A DNA stretch of 47,837 nt from NCBI GenBank assembly GCA_002280395.1, contig NCDW01000002.1, forward strand, positions 1-47,837, given 5' to 3'. The position numbers and the translations under genes were made by a program. Of this stretch, positions 1 to 9,148 are shown piece after piece; positions within the stretch are counted from its first letter, which is position 1; the number at the start of each line of letters is the position of its first letter. Source of the DNA: Flavobacteriales bacterium 32-35-8 (GTDB lineage Bacteria; Bacteroidota; Bacteroidia; Flavobacteriales; Flavobacteriaceae). The notes under the pieces are model-generated. The model was given only the letters and a program-made list of their open reading frames with translations, did no database searches and was not told where the DNA came from.

Positions 1-2
1 AT

Positions 3-428
3 CTGCGCGCGCTGGGCGCGGCGGAGGTGATCGAGCGCGGGCCGTACGCCGAGCCTGGCAAGCCGCTGGGCAAAGAGCGCTGGGCAGGGGCGGTGGACGT
101 GGCGGGCGGCCATGTGCTGGCCAATGTCTGCGCCAGCATGCAATACCAGGGCGTGGTGACGGCGTGCGGCCTGGCCGCCGGCATGGCGCTGCCGGCCACC
201 GTGGCGCCGTTTATTTTGCGCGGCGTCACCCTGGCCGGGGTGGACAGCGTGATGCGCCCGCGCGCCGACCGGCTGGTGGCCTGGCAGCGGCTGACGCAGG
301 AATTGTCGTTGGACAAGCTGGCGCTGATCGGCAGTCAGGAAGTGGGGCTGGATGAGGCGATTGGCCTGGCGGCGCGCCTGCTGAAGGGTGAGGTGCGCGG
401 CCGCGTGGTGGTCGACGTCAACCGTTAA
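3..428 (+). CDS. acuI: MDR-family oxidoreductase, acrylyl-CoA reductase AcuI/YhdH-like (3' part, runs off the window start)
   Basis: Motifs WAGAVDVAGG, ACGLAAGMALPATVAPFILRGVTLAGVDSV and GEVRGRVVVDV are typical of the YhdH/AcuI C-terminus. The frame is open from base 3 and codons are GC-rich. Confidence 0.85.
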   Translation: MRALGAAEVIERGPYAEPGKPLGKERWAGAVDVAGGHVLANVCASMQYQGVVTACGLAAGMALPATVAPFILRGVTLAGVDSVMRPRADRLVAWQRLTQELSLDKLALIGSQEVGLDEAIGLAARLLKGEVRGRVVVDVNR

Positions 429-535
429 GCTAACACGCGCTCACCACATGCCCCTCTGGCCATGTGGTGTGGTGCGCCTTGTCTGTGCATCACGCAGCGT
501 GGACAGCGATATTTTTTATTTTTTAGGAGTTTGTC

Positions 536-704
536 ATGAGTGCTGACCTCACCCCGGCCATCAGCCGTTTTCCCGTGCCGGAACTGGACGCCCTGCCCGA
601 AGACCTGCGCGCGCGCATCCTGGCCGTGCAGGAAAAATCCGGTTTTATCCCCAATGTGTTTCTCACCCTGGCGCACCGGCCGGATGAGTTTCGCGCCTTT
701 TTTG
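536..704 (+). pseudogene. Peroxidase-related enzyme (AhpD/CMD-like), truncated at the sequence junction
   Basis: SRFPVPELDALPEDLRARILAVQEKSGFIPNVFLTLAHRPDEFRAFF matches the N-terminus of this family. After ~704 the ORF (to 823) runs into unrelated AT-rich sequence. Confidence 0.75.
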
Positions 705-1346
705 TTTCCAACATTTTAGGTTTTACTCAACATTCTAAGCGTTTCTTTTTATTGGCATTTGGAGCATGGCATGGGTTCATTGTTAAACCAAAAAGAGCAT
801 GCAAAACACGTTTTGTTATTTAATACAAAGAATGTCCTTAAAACACGATGGTGTGTTTGGACTTTCCGTGTTTGACATCCTGTTTAGTAAAAAGCCCAAA
901 AACCCAATTTAAGTTGACACATATTATGGGATGGTTCTCAAATACCATTTTCGGATAACGTTACATTTAATATCCCATAATTCACGATTCCACAAATTTT
1001 AAAATCCGAGTTTTCAAAGGTTTTCAGCCTTCACGCTACGCATATGGGCAACTTATAAATAAGCCTTTGGATTAGTCGCTGGAAGGACACCGCTAACGTC
1101 TGGCTGCAACAGATAACGGCGGTGGGCTTTCCTTAGTTATAACCCTTTAAAATTTTATGCCTATGATATAAAACAAATACAAAAAAACCTCCAACAAACT
1201 TTTGCACGGTCTTGTAGGAGGCTTCGATTTATCACTAAATGTTTAATTCTAATTCAAATATATGAAATCGCTACGACTTGGTAATTCAAATACCAATATA
1301 AAAAAGCGATTGCATATGACCTTTGAAAAACAAAAAAGTATCACAT

Positions 1347-4300
1347 ATGAAAAATAACCATAAGACCATCTACAGGAATAGTCTATTTCTTGTTTTTTAT
1401 CTCTCGACTGTCCCAAGTCATGCCACTACCTTAAACCCATTCATTTTTCATGTAAATACAGTGGCAGTGGGAATAAAGCAATCCGAAGTCCATGGCACCA
1501 TTAAAGATAGCCAAGGCATGTCGTTAGCAGGGGTCTCCATCAGTGTGAAAGGAACCCAAAAAGGAACAGTGTCTGATTTTAATGGTTTTTACACCATTAA
1601 AGTGGATGTCAATGAGGTTCTGGTATTCTCCTTTATAGGTTTTAAAACCCAGGAAATAACTGTTTCGGGAAGTGAACTCGATGTAATATTGGAAACCGAT
1701 ATCACGGCTTTAAACACTGTGGAAATCAACGCAGGGTATTATACCGTCAGTGATCGGGAACGTACTGGAAATATTTCCCGAATAACGTCTAAGACCATTG
1801 ATAAGCAACCCGTAAATAATCCTTTAGCTGCCATGCAAGGGCATATGTCTGGGGTCAATATTGTACAGTCCACGGGTGTACCCGGTGGCGGGTTCAGTAT
1901 CGAGATTCGTGGTAAGAACTTTATTAATGGTGCTACCGAACCATTATATATTGTGGATGGGGTGCCGTTTGGGGGACAGTCCTTGGAAGCCACCTCCATA
2001 GGATCTTCCATCAATCAAGGGAACGTCAGTCCCCTAAATGCCATAAACCCCTCTGATATTGAAAGCATTGAAGTACTAAAGGATGCCGATGCCACCGCCA
2101 TTTATGGGTCGCGTGGTGCAAATGGGGTGGTACTGATTACCACCAAAAAGGGTAAAGTCGGGAAAACACGGTTCCAAGCCAGCCTAACCACGACCTTGGG
2201 GCAGGTTTCCAATTATTTGGATTTAATGAATACCCAACAGTATTTGGAGGTTCGTAGGGAAGCTATTATCAATGACAATTTTGGCACGTTTCTGGAGAAT
2301 CCCGCTTATGATTTTGTATGGCCAGACTTAAAAACATGGGATCAGAACCGCTATACCGATTGGCAAAAGGAATTGATTGGAGGTACGGCCTTTCGTAACA
2401 ACGCACAGCTCTCGGTGTCCGGAGGTAGTGAAAGAACCCAATTTTTGATCAGTGGTGGTTCCCAAAAAGAAACCACCGTATTTCCTGGCGATTCCAATTA
2501 CAAAAAGTCATCGCTGCACAGTAACATCACACACCAGTCCGAAGACCAACGGTTTAAAATCAACCTGTCAACCAATTTTAGTGTAGAGGATAACAAACTT
2601 CCTTTAGCAGATTTTACCTTATTGGCAAAAACCTTAGCACCTAATGCGCCTGCCCTTTACGATACTAATGGACGTTTGAACTGGGAGAACAATACTTGGG
2701 ACAATCCCTTGGCTTCCTTGGAACGGACGTATAAAGCAAAGTCCAATAGCCTTATTGGCAATATGGGGCTTTCATATCTGTTGGGAAAGGGTTTGGAATT
2801 CAAAACAAGCCTAGGGTATACCAATTACCAATTGGACACGTACACTACCTTCCCTAGTACCGCTTTCAGACCAAGTTTAGGGTATGGGCCAGAGCGATCA
2901 TCCTTGACCAGAAATGCAAGCACTCGCCAATCGTGGATCATCGAACCACAATTGAACTGGAAACACCAATGGGGGCAAACCAACTTGGATATATTGGTAG
3001 GCAGCACCTTCCAACAGGATGTGACGGAGCAATCTGTCATTAGGGGGACGGGGTTTCCCAGTAATAATTTGATACGTAACCTTGCTGCCGCCAATGAGGT
3101 TGAAGTACTTCAGGAAATGGATAGTGAATACCGTTATCAGGCATTCTTTGGTCGTATCAACTTAACCCATAGACATAAATATATCCTTAACTTAACTGGG
3201 CGGAGGGATGGATCATCACGTTTTGGTCCTGGCAAGCAATTTGGGAATTTTGGAGCTGTTGGCGTGGCGTGGTTGTTTTCTGAAGAATCCTTTTTAAAAG
3301 AATCATCATTTTTAAGTTTTGGAAAACTCAGGGGAAGCTATGGTGTGACAGGTAGTGATAATATTGGGGACTATCGGTTTCTGGATACCTATAATGTTAC
3401 GGGATTTGATTATGATGGCACGACCGTTTTTGAGCCTTCGGGGATATTTAACCCCTTATTTGGTTGGGAATCCAATAATAAATTGGAAGCCGCCTTGGAA
3501 CTTGGTTTTTTTAAGGACAGGGTGAGCTTAAGCGGTTCTTGGTATCAAAACCGATCTTCCAGCCAGCTTATTGGGATTCCATTGGCTGCTACCACGGGAT
3601 TTACGGAAGTCACTGGTAATTTCAATGCGACCGTTGAAAACACGGGTTTTGAGATAGACTTACAGTCCGTTAATATTCAAACCAAACAATTCACGTGGTC
3701 CACAACATTTAACTTTACGGTGGCCAAAAATAGATTGGTAAGCTTTCCCGGATTGGAAACATCGACGTTTGCCAATAGGTATATCATTGGGAAACCTTTG
3801 AGAATTACAAAACTTTACCATGCCTTGGGGGTAGATCCCGAAACGGGTATCTATCAATTTGAGGACTACAGTGGAAACGGAACCATAGGAGGTGTAGTGG
3901 ATAGGCAATGGATTGTGGATCTCACTCCAGAATACTTTGGTGGATTTGGAAATTCATTTACCTATAAGAACCTGACCTTGGAATGTTTTTTTCAATTTAA
4001 AAAGCAAAAGGGTTATACCAATGTGTACTATGGGGCTTCCGTTGGTTTCATGGAAAATAAACCGGTCTCGTTTCTTGACCGTTGGCAGGAACCGGGCGAC
4101 ATCAAACCCATCCAACGTGCCAATTTCGGACGCTTCCCAGGTGTTGGGGTGGCTGCCCAAAACCAAGCCCAAAGTAGTGCGGCCATTGGCGATGCCTCAT
4201 TCATTCGATTGCGGAATATCATGTTGAACTATAAGTTGCCCAAAACCGCAACTAAGGGGATGGATATCAACCTCTTTTTACAGGGCCAAAATTTGTGGAC

Positions 4301-4397
4301 TTTAACCGATTTTGAAGGTTTGGATCCAGAACAGCCCTTGAATGGATATTTGCCACCATTGCGGCAAGTCACTTTAGGGTTACAACTGGGATTTTAA
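1347..4397 (+). CDS. susC: SusC/RagA-family TonB-dependent outer membrane receptor
   Basis: Has a CarboxypepD_reg-like N-domain, plug motifs PLYIVDGVP and IESIEVLKDADATAIYGSRGANGVVLITTKKG, RRDGSSRFG, and a C-terminal Phe. ATG 1347 is preferred over TTG 1323. Confidence 0.95.
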   Translation: MKNNHKTIYRNSLFLVFYLSTVPSHATTLNPFIFHVNTVAVGIKQSEVHGTIKDSQGMSLAGVSISVKGTQKGTVSDFNGFYTIKVDVNEVLVFSFIGFKTQEITVSGSELDVILETDITALNTVEINAGYYTVSDRERTGNISRITSKTIDKQPVNNPLAAMQGHMSGVNIVQSTGVPGGGFSIEIRGKNFINGATEPLYIVDGVPFGGQSLEATSIGSSINQGNVSPLNAINPSDIESIEVLKDADATAIYGSRGANGVVLITTKKGKVGKTRFQASLTTTLGQVSNYLDLMNTQQYLEVRREAIINDNFGTFLENPAYDFVWPDLKTWDQNRYTDWQKELIGGTAFRNNAQLSVSGGSERTQFLISGGSQKETTVFPGDSNYKKSSLHSNITHQSEDQRFKINLSTNFSVEDNKLPLADFTLLAKTLAPNAPALYDTNGRLNWENNTWDNPLASLERTYKAKSNSLIGNMGLSYLLGKGLEFKTSLGYTNYQLDTYTTFPSTAFRPSLGYGPERSSLTRNASTRQSWIIEPQLNWKHQWGQTNLDILVGSTFQQDVTEQSVIRGTGFPSNNLIRNLAAANEVEVLQEMDSEYRYQAFFGRINLTHRHKYILNLTGRRDGSSRFGPGKQFGNFGAVGVAWLFSEESFLKESSFLSFGKLRGSYGVTGSDNIGDYRFLDTYNVTGFDYDGTTVFEPSGIFNPLFGWESNNKLEAALELGFFKDRVSLSGSWYQNRSSSQLIGIPLAATTGFTEVTGNFNATVENTGFEIDLQSVNIQTKQFTWSTTFNFTVAKNRLVSFPGLETSTFANRYIIGKPLRITKLYHALGVDPETGIYQFEDYSGNGTIGGVVDRQWIVDLTPEYFGGFGNSFTYKNLTLECFFQFKKQKGYTNVYYGASVGFMENKPVSFLDRWQEPGDIKPIQRANFGRFPGVGVAAQNQAQSSAAIGDASFIRLRNIMLNYKLPKTATKGMDINLFLQGQNLWTLTDFEGLDPEQPLNGYLPPLRQVTLGLQLGF

Positions 4398-4413
4398 TTT
4401 AAAACATGAACAT

Positions 4414-5850
4414 ATGGAACATAAAATATATCATTTAAAATTAAGGGGATTGGTTTTTGGGTCTCTGGACAAAAGCATTCGGAATACTATAAAAATGCTA
4501 ATAGTATTGGCTGTATCATTTAACATGACTTCTTGCGAGTCTTTTTTGGAGATAGATGCCCCAAAAAATAAGTTGATTTCGGAAACGGTGTTTGAGGATG
4601 CATCCACCGTGGAATCCGCCTTCGCGAATATCTATTACAAAATGCGGGAGCAGGGCATGGTCTCTGGAAACTTTGGACTGAGCGTTTCCATGGGTGCTTA
4701 TGCAGATGAACTGGATTATTATGGTAGGAACACCAATCTATTGAATATTTATAACCATGGTATCACGGCCTACGACCCTACGGTTTTGTCTTGGTGGAAC
4801 CAAGCCTATAACCTGATTTATGTCGCCAATGATATCATTCAAGGCATAGATAAGGCCACGGCTTTAAGTCTAGAAGAACATGAGCGGTTTAAAGGACAGG
4901 CCCTGTTCGTTAGGGCTTTCATTCATAGCTTGTTGGTAGGAATTTATGGGGATGTCCCATATATTACCGCAACCAGTTATATTGATAATAATAAAGTGTC
5001 CCGAATGCCCATGGATACCGTTTACGGGAAAATAATAAGCGATCTTCTACTTGCTGTGGATCTATTGGATGATGTTAGTGTTGGGGAACGTGTACTGCCA
5101 AATAGGTCGGCCGTTAAAGCCTTATTGGCTCGCATGTACCTATATCATGGGGATTGGGAACTGGCAGAGGCAACGGCATCAGATGTCATTGGTGCGCACA
5201 CCTTGGAAACCGATATTAATAAGGTGTTCTTGAAAAATGCAACCGAAACCATTTGGCAGTTTAAGCCAGGAGGGCCTAGCATTAAGAACACGCAAGAGGC
5301 CCAAAACATGATCATTACTTCCATTCCAACACAGGGTTATGCGTTGACACCCCTTTTGTTGGCGGCATTTGAGCCTGGGGACTTGAGACGGACACAATGG
5401 GTTGGAAGCTTCACATCCAATGATGGGCTGACAACCTTATACTTCGCCCATAAGTATAAGCAGACCATCAACACAACGAGCCAGTCCCTCGAGTATTCAA
5501 TCATTCTGCGGTTGGCCGAACAGTATTTGATACGTGCAGAGGCTAGGGCGCATTTGGGAAACATTCCCGGAGCTCAAGGGGATGTCAACGTGCTTAGAAA
5601 CCGTGCAGGTCTCGGTGATACAACAGCTTCAACCAAGGAAGGGCTGTTGGAGGCGGTGCTACATGAACGCCAAGTGGAACTGTTTACGGAACATGGTCAC
5701 CGGTGGTTTGATTTAAACAGATTTGATAGGGCAAACGAAGTATTGAGTTCCATTAAACCTAATTGGAAATCTACCAACGTATTATTGCCCATACCCGGAA
5801 ACGATCTGGAATTCAATCCCAACCTAAGGCCACAAAATGAAGGGTATTGA
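4414..5850 (+). CDS. susD: SusD/RagB-family lipoprotein
   Basis: Lipobox-like MTSC (true start may be the downstream ATG at 4495), plus LRLAEQYLIRAEA and ERQVELFTEHGHRWFDL. Directly follows susC. Confidence 0.93.
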   Translation: MEHKIYHLKLRGLVFGSLDKSIRNTIKMLIVLAVSFNMTSCESFLEIDAPKNKLISETVFEDASTVESAFANIYYKMREQGMVSGNFGLSVSMGAYADELDYYGRNTNLLNIYNHGITAYDPTVLSWWNQAYNLIYVANDIIQGIDKATALSLEEHERFKGQALFVRAFIHSLLVGIYGDVPYITATSYIDNNKVSRMPMDTVYGKIISDLLLAVDLLDDVSVGERVLPNRSAVKALLARMYLYHGDWELAEATASDVIGAHTLETDINKVFLKNATETIWQFKPGGPSIKNTQEAQNMIITSIPTQGYALTPLLLAAFEPGDLRRTQWVGSFTSNDGLTTLYFAHKYKQTINTTSQSLEYSIILRLAEQYLIRAEARAHLGNIPGAQGDVNVLRNRAGLGDTTASTKEGLLEAVLHERQVELFTEHGHRWFDLNRFDRANEVLSSIKPNWKSTNVLLPIPGNDLEFNPNLRPQNEGY

Positions 5851-7183
5851 GAATTTATATTTAATAATGCAAACTAAAATTAAACCTATGAAATTAATAA
5901 AATATATGATAATAATCGCTCTGTACTTAAGTACAGGGCCTGTTATATTTTCCCAAACTACCAGTGATAAATCCGATGCACAAAGGGATTGGGAGCATTT
6001 GGATTATATGAAGAACTTTTTCTGTAAAGCTCCTGAAGGATGCAGGGAATATGATAATTTAAGTATGTTGGAGGCCATGCGCTATATAGATCGGTTATAC
6101 ACCACCCGATCAAAATTAGCGGAAGCGTTTTTGGAAAAATATCCAAACGACCCGCACCATGACCAAGCCTTGGTATTGTTTTTTTCCTCATATTTCACCC
6201 CAAAATTCATCCCGGATTCTTTAGCACCTGAAAAGATAGAGGCCATAGCTAGTTTGGCGATTAGGGGGCAGTCGGGTGCATGGTCAAAAGCCTATCGCTT
6301 AATACCCGTTGATAGGGAAGCTGAGAAACGTTGGTTGGACAAGGGGAAGGACTATGTAGATCAGATTTTGGCTTCCAATGCTTCTGTGGAAGTCAAAGCA
6401 AAAGCGGAGATATTGTTGTTTAATCGGGATTATTCCTTAGCGAAAAATAAATATACCTGTTTATCCAAGGATCCTATGGAACAGGATTTTTGGGCCTCTA
6501 TGGAAGCCAACTATTTTGAGTTCGTGCCATTACGCTTGGAGCGGTTAATGGATGCCTATCCCGACTCCGAGACTGTGGCAACATTTATACAAGCTATGTT
6601 GGATGATTTGAGAAAATTATCATCTGGACTGGCTAACTCCTATCTAGATAGGTTTTTGCGAAAGTCAGGAGATACCAACCCAATGGCAAACCGCAAGGGC
6701 ATTACGGCATTGCGTAAGTCCCTGTTGGCTAATATAGAAGCATTGGGGGCTTTGGAAGTGGACGCTGACAAACCTTTGGAATTTACATTCACCGCTATGG
6801 ATGGTAGCCAAGTGGATCTGGCAGAAATGCGGGGAAAAGTAGTGTTGATTAATTTTTGGTCTACAACCTGTCCCTCAGGCATCGCGGTTATGCCCCGCTT
6901 GAAGACCTTGTACGATAAGTACAGGGACCATGGTTTTGAAATCATAGGTATTGCCGATGATGGGGATGTTGCCAAAGATCAAGTTTTAAAAATATTGGAA
7001 AAAGCAAATGCCAATTGGCCACAACGCTTGGATAAAGGGAGGGAAGCCAGTGTCAAATTACATGCACTCTATGGCATAAAGACGTTGCCAACTTTTTGGC
7101 TATTGGATACTAAGGGCGTAGTTGTAGATCAGGGTGTGAAAATGCCACAGTTGGAATCCAAGATAATTAAATACCTAGAATAA
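5837..7183 (+). CDS. Exported TlpA/thioredoxin-like (redoxin) domain protein with a helical N-terminal region
   Basis: Signal-peptide-like start (likely a downstream Met). The C-terminal redoxin region reads DLAEMRGKVVLINFWSTTCPSG...YGIKTLPTFWLLD, so the active site is CxxG. Confidence 0.8.
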   Translation: MKGIENLYLIMQTKIKPMKLIKYMIIIALYLSTGPVIFSQTTSDKSDAQRDWEHLDYMKNFFCKAPEGCREYDNLSMLEAMRYIDRLYTTRSKLAEAFLEKYPNDPHHDQALVLFFSSYFTPKFIPDSLAPEKIEAIASLAIRGQSGAWSKAYRLIPVDREAEKRWLDKGKDYVDQILASNASVEVKAKAEILLFNRDYSLAKNKYTCLSKDPMEQDFWASMEANYFEFVPLRLERLMDAYPDSETVATFIQAMLDDLRKLSSGLANSYLDRFLRKSGDTNPMANRKGITALRKSLLANIEALGALEVDADKPLEFTFTAMDGSQVDLAEMRGKVVLINFWSTTCPSGIAVMPRLKTLYDKYRDHGFEIIGIADDGDVAKDQVLKILEKANANWPQRLDKGREASVKLHALYGIKTLPTFWLLDTKGVVVDQGVKMPQLESKIIKYLE

Positions 7184-7279
7184 AAAATAATAAGCGGTTA
7201 AAGTGTTTGTTGTTAAAACAGTTTTTAAATACTTGACAACCTAGGAGGCGTTTTAATATTTTATTATAGAATAAGTTAA

Positions 7280-7308
7280 GAAAAGGTGTCCAATAAGGAC
7301 ACCTTTTC
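7280..7308. terminator. Bidirectional intrinsic terminator
   Basis: Perfect hairpin GAAAAGGTGTCC-AATAA-GGACACCTTTTC between convergent genes. Confidence 0.85.
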
Positions 7309-7322
7309 AGTAGGACAAGGGA

Positions 7323-7586
7323 CTATTGATTTACCCTTTTAAGTTCATTGTTTGGGATGTTATCAAGATCCGCCGTATCATACAATTGAAACCCTGACGC
7401 CGTTTTACACAGATCTTCAGGATTATCCTTTTGGCAATCAGTCAATTCTTCTTGGATCCCTGCGATTAAGGGATCATCAAAATAGCCTGTTTGGACAACT
7501 CTGGTTGACTCCACGGCAAACGAAAGACCCATGGCCAATACAATGGCTATAGCGGGTAGAATGGTTTTAAAAATGTTTGTTTTCAT
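7323..7586 (-). CDS. Small secreted protein/peptide with two Cys (DUF6520-like)
   Basis: 87 aa with a Sec signal MKTNIFKTILPAIAIVLAMGLSFA and a mature part containing C-x8-C. The DUF assignment is from recall of this gene context. Confidence 0.7.
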   Translation of the reverse strand: MKTNIFKTILPAIAIVLAMGLSFAVESTRVVQTGYFDDPLIAGIQEELTDCQKDNPEDLCKTASGFQLYDTADLDNIPNNELKRVNQ

Positions 7587-7609
7587 AATATATGTTTTTA
7601 AAGATTTGT

Positions 7610-7646
7610 GGCCTACTCTTTTTTACAGGTTTTCGGCCTTCCCCTG
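7610..7646 (-). ncRNA. Candidate cis structured RNA (pseudoknot plus bulged-G/loop E module) in the peptide gene leader
   Basis: The minus strand reads CAGG-GGAA-GGCC-GAA-AA-CCTG-TAAAAAAG-AGTA-GGCC. CAGG/CCTG and GGCC/GGCC helices interleave, and GAA/AGTA sits on the second helix. Confidence 0.4.
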
Positions 7647-7664
7647 GTACTGCGCAGTATGTTT

Positions 7665-8102
7665 TTATTTTGGTGAATTTTTTTTATGCGATAATGAAAT
7701 GCATATAACGGCTAAGGCCATAAAGGCCAGATTGAAAACAACATGGGCGTTCCATCCCAATGATTCCAAAACACCACCGCAGGCGCAAGGGATGTCATCA
7801 CTGAAATTTAGCACCATGACTATGTATGTGGTAAAAAGGCTCATTAAAAATAGACTGGCATATAGTGCAAATACCAAATATCTCTGGAAAAGAAACAATC
7901 CAACAATGGTAAATTCCACTATGGGAAGGCCCCAAATGATCCAATCCGTATAGGCTGAAATAAAAGGGGACTTTTCCAACTGCATCTTAAAATGTTCAAA
8001 ATCGAGCAGTTTACTGGTCGCGGTATATACAAAAAGTACCATAAAAAGTAATTTTATGATTTCAATCAGGATGGTTTTGATGCGGATGGATAATGGTGTC
8101 AT
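7665..8102 (-). CDS. MauE/DoxX-family redox-associated membrane protein
   Basis: Four hydrophobic segments, LFVYTATSKL, and the family motif IPCACGGVLE..W..HV.FN. Confidence 0.85.
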   Translation of the reverse strand: MTPLSIRIKTILIEIIKLLFMVLFVYTATSKLLDFEHFKMQLEKSPFISAYTDWIIWGLPIVEFTIVGLFLFQRYLVFALYASLFLMSLFTTYIVMVLNFSDDIPCACGGVLESLGWNAHVVFNLAFMALAVICISLSHKKNSPK

Positions 8103-8210
8103 GGTATTGTTTTGGATTCTGTTTTGTAAAATTCAGGATTCCAAAGCATTTCCAATTGTGGTATCGGGAATACCGCTTAGCTAGTAGGGAGCCGTTTTAA
8201 AATCGAAGCA

Positions 8211-9128
8211 TCATTCCATTTCCGGGCGGGTCAGGGTATTGGGTGCCTGTCCAAAATACTTTTTAAAGGCCTTGGAAAAATTAGGGTAATCATGGTACCC
8301 ATTCATGCTGGCAATGTTTTTTAAGGGAATGGTGGTTTGCCGTATCATTAAATGGGCACGCTTCAAACGTTCCTCAGTGTAGAACTTGTAAATACTGGTC
8401 TTGAAAAAATACCGAAACCCTTCCTTGATCTTAAATTCGTTGGTACCAAATTGTAAGGCCAATTTCTTGATGGACGGCAGGGGCTCTTCCAAATGTGCCA
8501 GAATATAATCATAGAGTTTTTGGATCAGTTGGGCATCCGAACGTCTTGTACCTGGCTGCTTTTTAGTGATTATTTCAGTTTCATTCGACGCTGTGGCATT
8601 ATTTTTTTCTTGTGGGAAGGTCGTTACAAAGCTCAGTACCATCTCCGAACGATTGGAAAGAGGGGATAAGGTACATTGAGTTGCTACCATTATTTGGTCT
8701 TTCGTATGGAACTGGATTAAAGCTGCCCTTTGGATAGGAGTGCTACCCTCTAAAGTGGCTTTTTCAAGATCTAATTGTTCATAGGAGGTTTCGGTTATAA
8801 AGGTTTGGATGGGTTGCTCGATAAAATCAGCCTCTGGATATCCCAAAAAGGAAAGAACATTAGGGGTAGCACTTTTAATGGTCCCGAACATATCCATGAT
8901 AATGGACATGTGACTGATGAGCCTTTGTCCACGATGTGGGTTGACATATCCTGTATGGAAAATGGATTCCTTCATCTCTTCCGCGACCATGTTGATCAAT
9001 ACTACCAAGGTTTCCAAGGCATCGTCATGGGAACTTAAAGGGATTCGCCCGCTGAAATTGCCCCTGGCCATTTCAAATAACATTTTATGGATTGCTACAA
9101 CGCGTTCTTTATTGTGTGGTTCTATCAT
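8211..9128 (-). CDS. AraC-family regulator with N-terminal HAMP-like and PAS-like domains
   Basis: HAMP-like EMARGNFSGRIP...INMVAEEM, PAS-like IIMDMFGTI...LSFLGYPEADFI, and a C-terminal AraC HTH with IASMNGYHDYPNFSKAFKKYFG. Start is ATG 9128 or TTG 9152. Confidence 0.88.
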   Translation of the reverse strand: MIEPHNKERVVAIHKMLFEMARGNFSGRIPLSSHDDALETLVVLINMVAEEMKESIFHTGYVNPHRGQRLISHMSIIMDMFGTIKSATPNVLSFLGYPEADFIEQPIQTFITETSYEQLDLEKATLEGSTPIQRAALIQFHTKDQIMVATQCTLSPLSNRSEMVLSFVTTFPQEKNNATASNETEIITKKQPGTRRSDAQLIQKLYDYILAHLEEPLPSIKKLALQFGTNEFKIKEGFRYFFKTSIYKFYTEERLKRAHLMIRQTTIPLKNIASMNGYHDYPNFSKAFKKYFGQAPNTLTRPEME

Positions 9129-9148
9129 ACGATGTTGGGTTTTAAAGT

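Noticed and set aside
705-823. C-terminal part of the 95-aa ORF 536..823 as a real fusion protein
   Set aside because: It is read-through across the junction into unrelated AT-rich DNA with no family resemblance.
1347-5850. Polysaccharide utilisation locus linked to the xylanase
   Set aside because: No CAZymes are adjacent, and the pair lies inside the ICE more than 20 kb from the GH10 gene, across the att site.
7610-7660. Hammerhead ribozyme
   Set aside because: GAAA is present but the CTGAnGA core is not; kept only as an unnamed structured-RNA candidate.
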